Shown: positions 10,148-20,724, numbered from the stretch's first letter. The stretch: 64,000 nucleotides of DNA from Candidatus Heimdallarchaeota archaeon (GCA_018238545.1 JABCTC010000011.1:1-64000); one strand, 5' to 3'. The notes: generated from the sequence alone by a model not told the origin. Program-made: numbers and translations.

Positions 10148-11119
10148 ATGTTTGTTATGAATGAAAAACAATTTTGGGAAATGGTTCTAGATACTCTGGA
10201 AGAAGGAAATAGTGCAGTACTTGTTGTTATAATCGATAAGAAAGGATCTGGACCAAACTTACCAGGAGCAAAGATGTTTGCAACATCAAATGAAGTGAGT
10301 GGAACTGTAGGAGGAGGAATCTCTGAACTTAATTTACTAAATCATGCTAGGAGATTATTGAAAGAAGGAAAGATTGCCACTGAAACTATCCTCCTAGAAC
10401 ACAGTGAAACTGCAGAAGAAAATCGTTCAGGTATGATCTGTTCTGGTTCGCAGACTTTCGCATTAGTTCCTCTATCAACTTTGGATAAGAGCACTATCAA
10501 AGCAATAATAGAAGCTTATGATGAAGTAAAAACAGGCATAATTGCCTTAAGCGAAAAAGGAATCAGTTTTGATAGAAACAAATCTTTAACGGAAGATAGA
10601 GTTTTTTCCACAGAAAACGAAATATGGCTGTATCAAGAAAATATTGCACAGCAAGATAAACTCTTTATTATAGGAGGAGGGCACGTATCACTTGCTTTAT
10701 CTCGGGTCATGAAAACACTGGATTTTCATATTACAGTTTATGATGATAGAGAGAATCTACCAACCATGAACAACAACACATTTACTCACAAAAAGCAAAT
10801 TCTAAGTTATGACGATATTGCTGGAAATATCCCAGAAGGAGATAATATCTATGTTATTGTTATGACTTTTAGACATTTTTCAGATGAAAACGTACTTGAA
10901 AGGATTATTTCTAAGAAGTGCAGGTATATTGGAATGTTAGCAAGTATAAAAAAAGCAGAAACAATTTTCTCTAATCTTGATAAAAAGGGTGTTTCAAAAG
11001 ATCTTCTTGATATAGTTCACTCTCCCATCGGTATAAAAATCCAAAGCAATACTCCTGAAGAAATTGCCATAAGCATAGCTGCAGAAATTATCCTCACCAA
11101 AAATTCTAAGTCCAAATAA
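10148..11119 (+). CDS. xdhC: XdhC/CoxI Moco-insertion accessory protein
   Basis: GTVGGG, MICSG, IGGGHVS, YIGML, SPIG..TPEEIAISI; follows xdhAB. Confidence 0.88.
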   Translation: MFVMNEKQFWEMVLDTLEEGNSAVLVVIIDKKGSGPNLPGAKMFATSNEVSGTVGGGISELNLLNHARRLLKEGKIATETILLEHSETAEENRSGMICSGSQTFALVPLSTLDKSTIKAIIEAYDEVKTGIIALSEKGISFDRNKSLTEDRVFSTENEIWLYQENIAQQDKLFIIGGGHVSLALSRVMKTLDFHITVYDDRENLPTMNNNTFTHKKQILSYDDIAGNIPEGDNIYVIVMTFRHFSDENVLERIISKKCRYIGMLASIKKAETIFSNLDKKGVSKDLLDIVHSPIGIKIQSNTPEEIAISIAAEIILTKNSKSK

Positions 11120-11145
11120 AAAAAGGCATAATTTTTACCTTAATC

Positions 11146-11484
11146 CTATACTGAAATTATATCAAAATCATCTTTTACCCAGTTTTCCAATGGAGTGTGA
11201 CCGAATAAATCGTCATGGACAGGTAATTTTTGTCTTTCAGCCGAATCTAAGGCTCCAGTAGCTTTTGCGCACACTTTACAGACAGAGAAAATTAATTTAT
11301 TCTCCTTCATCTTTTCAAATTTATCATTCCTATTTTCTTCATAAGTTGGAATTAATTTGCACCCTTCACTTTCAAAGACTACACCTACTTTGTAACCTTT
11401 TTCAAAAAAATCTAGCACATTCATCATTACATGAACAAATGTACCTTTGTTTGCAGACCATATCACAAATAATAGCTTCTTCAT
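11146..11484 (-). CDS. DsrE-family protein
   Basis: VVFESEG and VCKVCAK motifs, 112 aa. Confidence 0.65.
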   Translation of the reverse strand: MKKLLFVIWSANKGTFVHVMMNVLDFFEKGYKVGVVFESEGCKLIPTYEENRNDKFEKMKENKLIFSVCKVCAKATGALDSAERQKLPVHDDLFGHTPLENWVKDDFDIISV

Positions 11485-11537
11485 TTGGATTCCTCTGTAA
11501 CTGTAAAGGAAAATTGTTTAAAACACTTTTCCTTCAA

Positions 11538-14500
11538 TTATATGAATCGTTTTCTAAGAAGATATTTTTTGTTAACAAGAGTGAAAACTGTATTCAAAAT
11601 ATCATCTAATTCTACATTTTGGAATTCAGTTATTATTGAACTAACAGATACTGATTCAGATTTTACTATATAGTTAGTAATTTTCACATTAATATCTTTT
11701 AGTTTCTTAATATCCTTCTTCTTTTTATCATTCAATTGCAGTGGGAAGAATAACCAAATATACAAAGTTTCAGCAATTTTGTCTTGAATTAGATTCTTCT
11801 TTTCAACATAAGGATCCATTTTGCCATCCCATACACCCTCTATTGAGAAGGAATATTCAAACCACATTATTAAATCAAACAATCTAGATGTAAGTTCACT
11901 GCTTATCTCCTCAGATGAAAACATGAAAACTGAATACTGTTCAGCACTAGCAGTATTAACTACAAAATTTCTGTATTCTAGTTTCTTAATCCCACCGGTA
12001 CCCATTCCTCCAATTTGTTTACCCATTGAAGCTACTACTGAGAGAAAACCTGTAATCAGCGAAGTATCTACAGTCTTCTTGTACTCAATATCATATTCAA
12101 ACACTGGAAGGCTTGTCTCATTGTGAATGAATAGAAGTTTCCTAAGAGACAAGATATTTTCAAACAATGCTACAAGATTCGATCCTTCAGAAACGTCAAC
12201 TATATCCCCTTTACCTTTCCCTCTTTTATTTCCAACAACAGCAACAATTGATATTATCGCGATCAGAACGATTGAAACACCTATGATTACACCTATCAAA
12301 TAAGGAGGAAATTCAGAAGGAGGAGTAGTAGGGGGGGGAGTAGTAGGGGGGGGAGTAGTAGGGGGGGCAGTTACTTGATTAATCACAACATCAAATGTTG
12401 TTTCAAGTTTCTCGTTGCTATAACTAGATTTGAAATGTGATTTTGATATATCCAATACTAAATCAAATTCATTGAATCGAATTGCTTGAGAGGAGATAGT
12501 AACATAGTTAATCTCATCTTCATAATTAACATAATAATCTTCTTGAGCCACTATTGCTCCTTGGATTACTATTGACAATTCGCTTTCCGATACCTCCATT
12601 GGGTTTCGGTCAGCATCAGTTTCATTGATCAATCTGAAAGATATGATCAAATCTTCAGTAGAGTTGCTTTCTATAGAAGTTTCTATAGGTTCTACAGAGA
12701 ATATATTGAATATTTCAAGATTAAGAATCACATGATGATTTTCTAATAGGATGCTCGTTGTAGTAAGCTCAATTGTATAAGAACGAGCTGTAATATTATC
12801 ATCAAAGGTAATACTGTGAAAATCATTATTGGAGGTTAAATTCCCATTATCTCCCCAACTTGTTTGATATTCGATTGTGGTGTTTTCTATTATTTCTCCA
12901 TAACTAGTAAAGAAAGGTTCACTTAACTTGTAATAGCTACTATTAATAAAAAGTTCATCCCCATTCTGTCGAACTATGGTTTGGGTAACGTTACTTACCC
13001 AATTACTGTTATCAGGAATTTCCTCCCATTCAACATTGAAGTAAGTAGAAGCTTGGACATAAATTGGTTGAGAGTAGATACCTATTTCTGTACCGTTGTT
13101 CCAATAAACAAATGCTGTCCAGATTCCTTCAGGGTCGCTTCCATAAACGGAAGGATCAAGGGTTATCTCAGATGAGTATAACCCTGGACCATCTGGTGTG
13201 AAATCTAGAAGAGTATATGGGGACAAATCAGTATAAGTCAAATTGATTGGAAGACTTGTTTTTAGAGCAATTATCTCTCCATCAGGGTTGAATAAAGTAA
13301 AGTTTAGTGTCCCTGAAATGGTATTTTCTATAAGTGTTATTGTTGAGTAAATGGTAGAACCCTCATAACCTGTAGCATTTATTCCATCTGTAGTCCAATG
13401 ACCTAAGGAAAACAGATTTGTTGGTTCCTCTTCATTTGATAATTCCAGTGATTGAATGAAATTAGGACTAGAAGTTTCTAACCTAAAATACCCAGCTGAC
13501 ACATTAGAGTCTAAATAACATAGATAAGTATCACTGGAAAGTATAGTTGGAAAGGTATCAGTATCATTATAATAACAAATTGGACTATCGTTCCAATCAC
13601 TTATTGTTGCTACATGTATCATTCTCTCATAAATTGAGAATGTGGAAGGATCTACAGATGAAACATCCCAAGTTAAGTTCCAATATATTGAGTAATCTCC
13701 AGCTGTTGAGTTAAATGCCGCAAAGTAAGAATCAGCAGTTATTGAGTTTATGAAACTGTAAGAGTTGTTGAAGGTTATTTCTAAAGAAGTGTCACTTGTT
13801 AGATTATGTAGACCTATTGAAGTAATTTGAGAATCTATGTCTAGGACATCAATGTCATTATCCTTCAATGTAATTCTATTTAAGTCTTTGAATTCCATTG
13901 CTGAACCAGTTTGATTTGAAGGTAGTAATTCAACATTTAAAGTAAAATCAACAGATGGAAGATAATTCCAAGTTAATAGATTGTCCATGTAGTATGAATC
14001 ACCGAGATATGGGGGCACTGAATTACTATGCCAAAAATAGAATTTAGGACCTATTGAAGTGATATCTGTAAAAGTTGCAATAACATAATATTTCCCTTGA
14101 TCTAGAATTATATCTGTAAAATCATAATACAAGAATCCCGAGATAATTTGATTAGTAGTATTATAGGGTCCATCAACACTTGATGAGTAAATTTGACTCA
14201 TATTAGGCTGACCAGAAATTTCATCTGCTTTGACAATAATTAAGTCAAAATCGTTTATTCCTGTCTGGCTTCCATCTGTACTCAGATGAAGTTCTGCACC
14301 ATAAAACATAGCATATTCCCAAGGAACATTGAAACTTTGTGCTATAGCATGTTTAGTATCGTCTAGATGATCGTCACCATCTTCTTCGAGTTCAATCGGA
14401 TAAAAATCTTGTTTAGCAAGAACTTGTGTCATATTGTAGTTTAACAAAGAAGAATCGTAAGCTGAAGCGATATCAACATTCGTAAAATTATCTTCAAAAT

Positions 14501-14813
14501 ATCCAGTTAAAGAATTATAGGTTAAATTAAGAGAAAAATCGTCATAAACAGTTAGTATATCTTCAACATTAACATTATTTCCTGAACCACTTAGATTTGT
14601 TACAGGAGTATATGGAAAAGAACTGTAATCTTCGAGTAAATTTGGCATTTGATCTACTGGATTTATTTGTTCTAGATTATCTTTACCAAGGAAATCATTA
14701 GTGTTTGTAGCTGTTAAGCCTTTTAGACTTGTAAGAGTAATGGAAAATATAAATAAATATGCTAAAATGATAATTGATGAAACTTTTGACCCTTTCGATA
14801 AACCCCTAAACAT
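11538..14813 (-). CDS. Large receptor-like membrane protein: extracellular region, Pro/Thr linker, TM, cytoplasmic longin-like + winged-helix-like domains
   Basis: N-terminal signal/TM, Asn/Ser/Thr-rich ectodomain, (PPPTT)n, TM, then LLFIHNETSLPVF..DTSLITGFL..IKKLEY. Confidence 0.7.
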   Translation of the reverse strand: MFRGLSKGSKVSSIIILAYLFIFSITLTSLKGLTATNTNDFLGKDNLEQINPVDQMPNLLEDYSSFPYTPVTNLSGSGNNVNVEDILTVYDDFSLNLTYNSLTGYFEDNFTNVDIASAYDSSLLNYNMTQVLAKQDFYPIELEEDGDDHLDDTKHAIAQSFNVPWEYAMFYGAELHLSTDGSQTGINDFDLIIVKADEISGQPNMSQIYSSSVDGPYNTTNQIISGFLYYDFTDIILDQGKYYVIATFTDITSIGPKFYFWHSNSVPPYLGDSYYMDNLLTWNYLPSVDFTLNVELLPSNQTGSAMEFKDLNRITLKDNDIDVLDIDSQITSIGLHNLTSDTSLEITFNNSYSFINSITADSYFAAFNSTAGDYSIYWNLTWDVSSVDPSTFSIYERMIHVATISDWNDSPICYYNDTDTFPTILSSDTYLCYLDSNVSAGYFRLETSSPNFIQSLELSNEEEPTNLFSLGHWTTDGINATGYEGSTIYSTITLIENTISGTLNFTLFNPDGEIIALKTSLPINLTYTDLSPYTLLDFTPDGPGLYSSEITLDPSVYGSDPEGIWTAFVYWNNGTEIGIYSQPIYVQASTYFNVEWEEIPDNSNWVSNVTQTIVRQNGDELFINSSYYKLSEPFFTSYGEIIENTTIEYQTSWGDNGNLTSNNDFHSITFDDNITARSYTIELTTTSILLENHHVILNLEIFNIFSVEPIETSIESNSTEDLIISFRLINETDADRNPMEVSESELSIVIQGAIVAQEDYYVNYEDEINYVTISSQAIRFNEFDLVLDISKSHFKSSYSNEKLETTFDVVINQVTAPPTTPPPTTPPPTTPPSEFPPYLIGVIIGVSIVLIAIISIVAVVGNKRGKGKGDIVDVSEGSNLVALFENILSLRKLLFIHNETSLPVFEYDIEYKKTVDTSLITGFLSVVASMGKQIGGMGTGGIKKLEYRNFVVNTASAEQYSVFMFSSEEISSELTSRLFDLIMWFEYSFSIEGVWDGKMDPYVEKKNLIQDKIAETLYIWLFFPLQLNDKKKKDIKKLKDINVKITNYIVKSESVSVSSIITEFQNVELDDILNTVFTLVNKKYLLRKRFI
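12322..12366 (+). repeat. 3x 15-bp tandem repeat GGAGTAGTAGGGGGG encoding a PPPTT linker
   Basis: Directly visible; G runs of 8, 8 and 7. Confidence 0.9.
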
Positions 14814-15000
14814 GTTACTACTCCTATGGTTATTCTATGAATCGCTTATTTAAAGTTCTTACAAAGGCAACTTTCCTTATAAATAAGGTTCATTGTATCT
14901 AATTGAAGTACAACTGACTTAACTCTACTCCTTTAATTCTTTAAATAGATATCTAAAAGGAGATGAAGTGGTGATTTTTTTCTCAAACTATTAAGCAGGA

Positions 15001-18000
15001 TCAATCAGCATTGTTTGTTATCAGTTTTTCTTCTTTCACCAAAATCATTATCCTTTCAAGAATCGCTTCATTAGAGTATTCATCAAGTTGATCCATAATA
15101 AGAGCAGTAGTAGCTTTGCCTTTACCATTGATAAAGGAGACAATCTCTTGGTCTATGGTTTTTAGTTTACTAAGATCTTCAAGTGTCTTTGATGGTGCTT
15201 GTAGTGGAAACATGAACCAAAGGAATAGTTCTTCTACCACTTTTTCGTTGATACTTGTCTTATATTCGTTGAATATATCCATCGAGCCTTCCCATTTTGC
15301 CCCCTCGTACCCGAAAATCACATCAAACCATTTAACAAGATTATCTAACCCTTGTTCAAATTCTACTTCTAATTCTGTATCAGAGAAAGAATATATAGTA
15401 TACGCTCCACTTGAAGCACTTGTTACAACAAAATTATAATATTCTATTTTCTTAATACCTGTTCTTGCACCACTCATTTCTGCCCCTATTGATGATATTG
15501 CTTGAAGTACTCCACTGATTATTGACGGATCTAACTCTGCTCTCTCATCCAAACTGTATTCATAAATTGGAGAACTAGTTTCATGATGAACTACAAGTAT
15601 ACGTTTTATCATAAATGCAGATTGAAAGATAGCTCGAGCCTTTGATTTGTCCGCTTCATGTTCTTCTTTTCTCTTGCTCATTTGTGTTCTAGTAACAAAG
15701 AATGCTCCTACACCTAGTCCTGCAACTACAACTAGTGACAGTGCAATTATCAAACCTATTGGTAGTCCTCCAGTTGGTGTTTTAATACTAATTGTTGCAA
15801 GAATAAAACTCAGCACTGTGTCATATCCTTCTTTGGACGCTGTTACTCTAACGTTCAGTGTTTTGGTTTCAGGTTCGTTAATTCGAATTATGAGTGTATA
15901 TATACCATCATTCTCTGAGTTTTCAATTATTTCCACACCAGGTTTTGCTATATCTAAAGATACTTCTATTGTTGCACCTTTAATTTGTTCAGAATGTGTT
16001 TCATCTATCCATTCAAAAGTCAAAGTTATCTGACTGCTAGTATTTGTCTCTGAAACTGTAATGATTGGTTCGACAGAGGTATCTGCAACAGCTAATATGT
16101 CGTAATTGATTGTATTTGATGCTATCGGATCACCTAGCGATTCAACAAAATAGATTTTCTGAACAGAGATTTCTACTTCATAATTTGCAGGTAAGTTATC
16201 TAATACATCATTATAGATAGTTAACAAGAAGTGATCATCGACCCCAACACTCATGTATTCAACCATTGGTGTTAATGAAGTTCCATTTATTGCTACATGT
16301 ATGGAAAGGTTGTTAGTAATTGGAGCACTTCCATTTGTTACATCTACAACAGAAAATGTAAATTCTGCGTTATCAATGTAATAGTACACCGGATTTACAG
16401 ATTGAGGTTCAAGGACACGGAACTCATGTAGTAGAATCAAAGAAAATTGATCTGAATGAGATTGTAAGAATGGTCCTTTTGCATATATATCTATGAGATA
16501 GGACCCTTCTGTTATATTTGGTGCTAGACTATAACTATAATTTCCTGAATCAAATGCAAGATTATCTGTATCTAACCAACTTGTTGTATAGTAAACATCT
16601 CCGTTAGGAATGTATGTTCCTAAACCTGTAAAGAATGGATCGCTGATATTGTAGTAACTAACTTTAATGTTAATCGCTTCACCATTTATTCTAGTAATCT
16701 CAGTAGAGGATAATTCTAACCAGTCTCCTCCTACTTCTTCTTCTACGAAGAATGAAGCCAATGTTGGTTTGAAAACAGTAATTGTTTGAGTGAAAAGTCC
16801 TGCTTCCGTACCGTTTGTCCAATAATAAACCACTGTCCAATATCCTTCAGCATCTGATGCAGATATAGACGGATCAAATGTAACATTGGCTTTGAAAAGT
16901 GAACCTTCTGTATAAGCATCATTAGTATAGGAAGAATTGTCTAGATAGATAAGATTAACCGGCAATGAGCTCTTCAGTGGAAGTATATTACCATTACTAT
17001 CCAATACGGAATAATTTAGTGCCCCCCCGCTCGTTATGAAATTCTCTATGCTTGCAGTCGACAGTATTGTCGTTCCTTCAAAACCAAATGCGTGTGTCTC
17101 ATTATTTGTCCAGTATCCTAACTCTTGAAGTGTATCACTTATGGACGTCGTTGTGATGTAATTTGGACTTGTAATCGTGAACTCAAAGTTTCCGCTATCA
17201 TATTGGTTTATGTTAAATAAGATGGATAAATTATACTCAAAAACATTTCCAACCCAACTTCCAGTTATTGGAATCCCCCCATTCAATAAAAATGAGAAAG
17301 CTGTTTTATTCCAATCATTTGGAACAGAAAATGCTTGAAATCTAGTGGTGTTTGTATATGTTCCCAAACTCACAACATCTGTAGTCCAAGAATGAGTCCA
17401 TGTGTTACTATACTCATTATATGTAGAATTAAGAAGATCAATTACCGAAGTAGAAGCGTAAGTTCTACTAAATTGATAACTACTGTTCGATTGAAGAATA
17501 ACGGCCCTATTTGATGTTAATATATGAAGCCCAGTTCCACTAATAATTTGATCGAGTGTTGTAACATTAGCTCCATTATCAGTTAGATCCACTGTTGTTG
17601 GATCTGTATATGTCAGGGGATTTCCACCACTATCTGATTCTTGTATATGAGAGGCAAATGCAACAGTTCTCCCATTTGGATCAGGACCGACCCAGCTTGT
17701 CCCATCATGATAATACGTTATTCCTTGAGAAATTTGTTGGCTTCTCCAGAATAATCCTGAATCATCATCAACATCAATAGTTGAAAGGTTTGCAACAACG
17801 AAATAGGATCCAATACTTAATGTATAGTCTACAAAATCGATGTACGCCATGATGTCTATACTACTCACGGGAAGAGGATTAGCTAGACTAAATGTGTTAT
17901 CAATGGCAGTACTTAGAATTGCACTCATATTGGGTGTTCCGGACACACTTTTTTCTACAAGAAATATATCTATTTCATCTCCAACATAACCTAATCCGAA

Positions 18001-18513
18001 AATTTCTAATCCCAATTGGGCTCCATGGAATATAGCATAAGGAGTAAGTACATCAAACCCAATAGCATAACTTATTCTTGAAGATGTTAATTCATCAACA
18101 ATTCTATTTCCTCCATCTTGAATGAAATCTACATCAATAGCACTTTCAAGTGTCAGATTATATTGTAATATGTCATCTGAATAACTTGTGGGAGAGGTAA
18201 TAGTGTAAGAATTATTATAACCATTAGTTGAATTCAAATCAATGTTAAGAGAATCGTATACAGCTAAAGTGTCATCAATGACAAGAGAATCTCCTGAATC
18301 CGATAAACTATCAATGGGTGTATAATCATATTTAATTCGGTTGGTCAAATCCGAAGTATTTGGTGAGATGTTATCATCATCGATAATATTTGAAAAAGAA
18401 TCTATGGAGAAATTGTTGAGATTGTTTTCTATTAGAATTGATGACACAAGTGAAAATGTGAAAAGCGCAATAATTGTACATGATAAAATTTTTTTGTTGA
18501 TATTATGACCCAT
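15001..18513 (-). CDS. Paralogous receptor-like membrane protein with C-terminal longin-like + winged-helix-like domains
   Basis: Shares LGxWT..GxEG, YWxNGTExG and ILVVHHETSSPIY..DPSIISG..IKKIEY blocks with 11538-14813. Confidence 0.7.
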   Translation of the reverse strand: MGHNINKKILSCTIIALFTFSLVSSILIENNLNNFSIDSFSNIIDDDNISPNTSDLTNRIKYDYTPIDSLSDSGDSLVIDDTLAVYDSLNIDLNSTNGYNNSYTITSPTSYSDDILQYNLTLESAIDVDFIQDGGNRIVDELTSSRISYAIGFDVLTPYAIFHGAQLGLEIFGLGYVGDEIDIFLVEKSVSGTPNMSAILSTAIDNTFSLANPLPVSSIDIMAYIDFVDYTLSIGSYFVVANLSTIDVDDDSGLFWRSQQISQGITYYHDGTSWVGPDPNGRTVAFASHIQESDSGGNPLTYTDPTTVDLTDNGANVTTLDQIISGTGLHILTSNRAVILQSNSSYQFSRTYASTSVIDLLNSTYNEYSNTWTHSWTTDVVSLGTYTNTTRFQAFSVPNDWNKTAFSFLLNGGIPITGSWVGNVFEYNLSILFNINQYDSGNFEFTITSPNYITTTSISDTLQELGYWTNNETHAFGFEGTTILSTASIENFITSGGALNYSVLDSNGNILPLKSSLPVNLIYLDNSSYTNDAYTEGSLFKANVTFDPSISASDAEGYWTVVYYWTNGTEAGLFTQTITVFKPTLASFFVEEEVGGDWLELSSTEITRINGEAINIKVSYYNISDPFFTGLGTYIPNGDVYYTTSWLDTDNLAFDSGNYSYSLAPNITEGSYLIDIYAKGPFLQSHSDQFSLILLHEFRVLEPQSVNPVYYYIDNAEFTFSVVDVTNGSAPITNNLSIHVAINGTSLTPMVEYMSVGVDDHFLLTIYNDVLDNLPANYEVEISVQKIYFVESLGDPIASNTINYDILAVADTSVEPIITVSETNTSSQITLTFEWIDETHSEQIKGATIEVSLDIAKPGVEIIENSENDGIYTLIIRINEPETKTLNVRVTASKEGYDTVLSFILATISIKTPTGGLPIGLIIALSLVVVAGLGVGAFFVTRTQMSKRKEEHEADKSKARAIFQSAFMIKRILVVHHETSSPIYEYSLDERAELDPSIISGVLQAISSIGAEMSGARTGIKKIEYYNFVVTSASSGAYTIYSFSDTELEVEFEQGLDNLVKWFDVIFGYEGAKWEGSMDIFNEYKTSINEKVVEELFLWFMFPLQAPSKTLEDLSKLKTIDQEIVSFINGKGKATTALIMDQLDEYSNEAILERIMILVKEEKLITNNAD

Positions 18514-18607
18514 TATAATCCCAGAAGATTTGTTTTTAGTTTATATGTTAATTTTACTTTAAATCTTTATTGTTTATATTTATTACGTAGGTGTAGATAG
18601 TTGATAC

Positions 18608-19291
18608 TTAATCATGAGAGGAAGTAACCAAATAACCTTTATCCACTAAACCAAATATCTCATTTAGAATTTCTTCTTCATCAAATTGCTTGAAATAATC
18701 TAACAGACGTGCTGATGTACAACTCTTGTTTTTATCTACACACTCAAAGATAGTCCTGCCAAACACTGACAACTGTTTTGTATCTAATTGTTTGTTCTTG
18801 GATGTTTGAAGGGGATAAAGCAACCAGAGATACAGATTCTGTGAAATTTTGTTTTCGATTATAGCTTTGTTAATTTTAAAAATGTCTAGTGAACCATCCC
18901 AATTATCCTTTATTGATCGAAAGGCTGTGCTAAACCATGAAATTAACTTCTGCATTCCTTTTTCAATCTCTTTTTCTAAATCGGTTTCAGAAAATATATA
19001 AATTGTAAAACCATTGAAGTGAGACCCTGATACAACAAAGCCATGAAATTCAAGTTTCTTAAAGCCCGTTGGTCTTCCTATCATCTCTTGACCTATAACT
19101 GATATAGCTTCAAGAATCCCAGTAATCATAGAAGAATCAAAAGGAATCGTGTTTTCAACATCTTTTTCGAATACTGGAAGACTTGTTTCATGGTGAACTA
19201 TCAGAATTTTTTGAATCATGAAGACAGTTTGATAAATGTCTCGTAGTCTATTATAAGGTAAATTATCCGTACTAACCATTGTTTCGCTCAA
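18608..19291 (-). CDS. Soluble longin-like + winged-helix-like protein, equivalent to the cytoplasmic part of the two adjacent genes
   Basis: ILIVHHETSLPVF..DSSMITG..FKKLEF..WF..WDG..LWLLYPLQ; no TM. Confidence 0.7.
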   Translation of the reverse strand: MSETMVSTDNLPYNRLRDIYQTVFMIQKILIVHHETSLPVFEKDVENTIPFDSSMITGILEAISVIGQEMIGRPTGFKKLEFHGFVVSGSHFNGFTIYIFSETDLEKEIEKGMQKLISWFSTAFRSIKDNWDGSLDIFKINKAIIENKISQNLYLWLLYPLQTSKNKQLDTKQLSVFGRTIFECVDKNKSCTSARLLDYFKQFDEEEILNEIFGLVDKGYLVTSSHD

Positions 19292-19513
19292 TCTTGAACC
19301 CCCAAGATTTGCAATTAGATTTACGGACTTCCTTTTGTAAGTTCCTCCTTAAAAACTTTCTTGGTAAAAGTGGTAGAAGAAAAATTTTTGTAAGACTTTA
19401 TTTTTATCTATGTATTAGTATCATACCTTATTAGTTAGTCTCCCTTCTTGAAAGAAGACCTTAAGACAATCTTTTAAGAATAAAGTTTTTAATTTTAGTT
19501 TCATTTTATAAGT

Positions 19514-20068
19514 ATGGTAAAACCATATCATCAATATGATTATAGAAGCTTTTCAATGTATTATGATGGTGACGCATTAAGAATAAGCAAAAAAGGATCA
19601 TCTCCTATTGATAGAGAAGAATTCATCAGAGAAACAGATAATGAATTGCTAATCTATTATGAAGAGGAATATGATGGTATACATAATGCGTTTCTATTCG
19701 ATTTCCATTCTGGAGATTGTGTATTTTACAAAACAGAACAAAGTTTCTTAGATTACTTAGATGACGATAACAACTTTATTGGTTGGGGAAACTCAGTTAC
19801 ATTAAAACGAACAGAAAATGACGATAGATTCGAATCGATGCCATGGAATACAACGAGTGTATGGACAGGATATATGTACTGGAAGATTGGGAAAGCTCTA
19901 GATGATGAGGAAACTAGACAATACATCGCTGAAAAAAAGAGTCGCAACCCATCACTGATACCTTTACCGGTAGAAAATCTTCTTGAGAAAGCAATTCGAG
20001 CATATCAAACGTATATGAATGAGGCGAAAGAGAAGAGGGAACAAAGCAAAAATAATAAAGACGTATAA
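19514..20068 (+). CDS. Hypothetical protein
   Basis: 184-aa ORF with genome-typical composition. Confidence 0.6.
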   Translation: MVKPYHQYDYRSFSMYYDGDALRISKKGSSPIDREEFIRETDNELLIYYEEEYDGIHNAFLFDFHSGDCVFYKTEQSFLDYLDDDNNFIGWGNSVTLKRTENDDRFESMPWNTTSVWTGYMYWKIGKALDDEETRQYIAEKKSRNPSLIPLPVENLLEKAIRAYQTYMNEAKEKREQSKNNKDV

Positions 20069-20084
20069 GTAAATTTCAGAAAGT

Positions 20085-20327
20085 ATGGTATTTGTTTACC
20101 TAGCATTGAAAACACCAACCATTTCATGGTTAGATTCACTGTTTTACTGGTCTTGGTCTATGTATATAGGTATAGCTACAAGTATGCTTTGTGTGTTTTT
20201 CATATTATTAGATAATAGAGAGTTGTGGCCCCTTTATCCATCAATTGGAACATTCGTATTTGCTGTTCTAATTACTATTCAAAAATTTACTTTAAAGAAC
20301 TTAAATAAGAAAATAGTGGAGGACTAA
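20085..20327 (+). CDS. Small membrane protein
   Basis: 80 aa with hydrophobic segments; follows 19514 closely. Confidence 0.45.
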   Translation: MVFVYLALKTPTISWLDSLFYWSWSMYIGIATSMLCVFFILLDNRELWPLYPSIGTFVFAVLITIQKFTLKNLNKKIVED

Positions 20328-20359
20328 CACATAGTCGCTATTATATCTATATTTGTAAA

Positions 20360-20515
20360 TTATGTTCTAGATTTATTTTGTACTAGAGGTTCAACTTCAT
20401 CATTTAATATGTGTAACAAAAAATGTGGCACACAGTATATCTTACCATCTTCAGCATGAATTAGATGTCTATTATTTACATACCCACAAAGATGACACTT
20501 TTCAATCAAGATCAT
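20360..20515 (-). CDS. Small zinc-finger protein (51 aa, not in ORF track), half-LIM-like
   Basis: MILIEKCHLCGYVNNRHLIHAEDGKIYCVPHFLLHILNDEVEPLVQNKSRT*; CxxC..CxxH. Confidence 0.55.
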   Translation of the reverse strand: MILIEKCHLCGYVNNRHLIHAEDGKIYCVPHFLLHILNDEVEPLVQNKSRT

Positions 20516-20724
20516 ATTTCCATCGCTTCGTATTGTATCAAGTAACCATCAACTATTTATAAATTTAATTTTAAGTGTTTTGTAATAAATATAGGTAATG
20601 TTAAATAAATATAAATTGAGTTAAATAAATATAGGTGTGGTGTGATAACTATCATTACTAAACTATATAGTCAAAAAACCTGCTATGAAAAGTGAGCAAA
20701 AAATGAAGAAAAGATAGAAAAATA

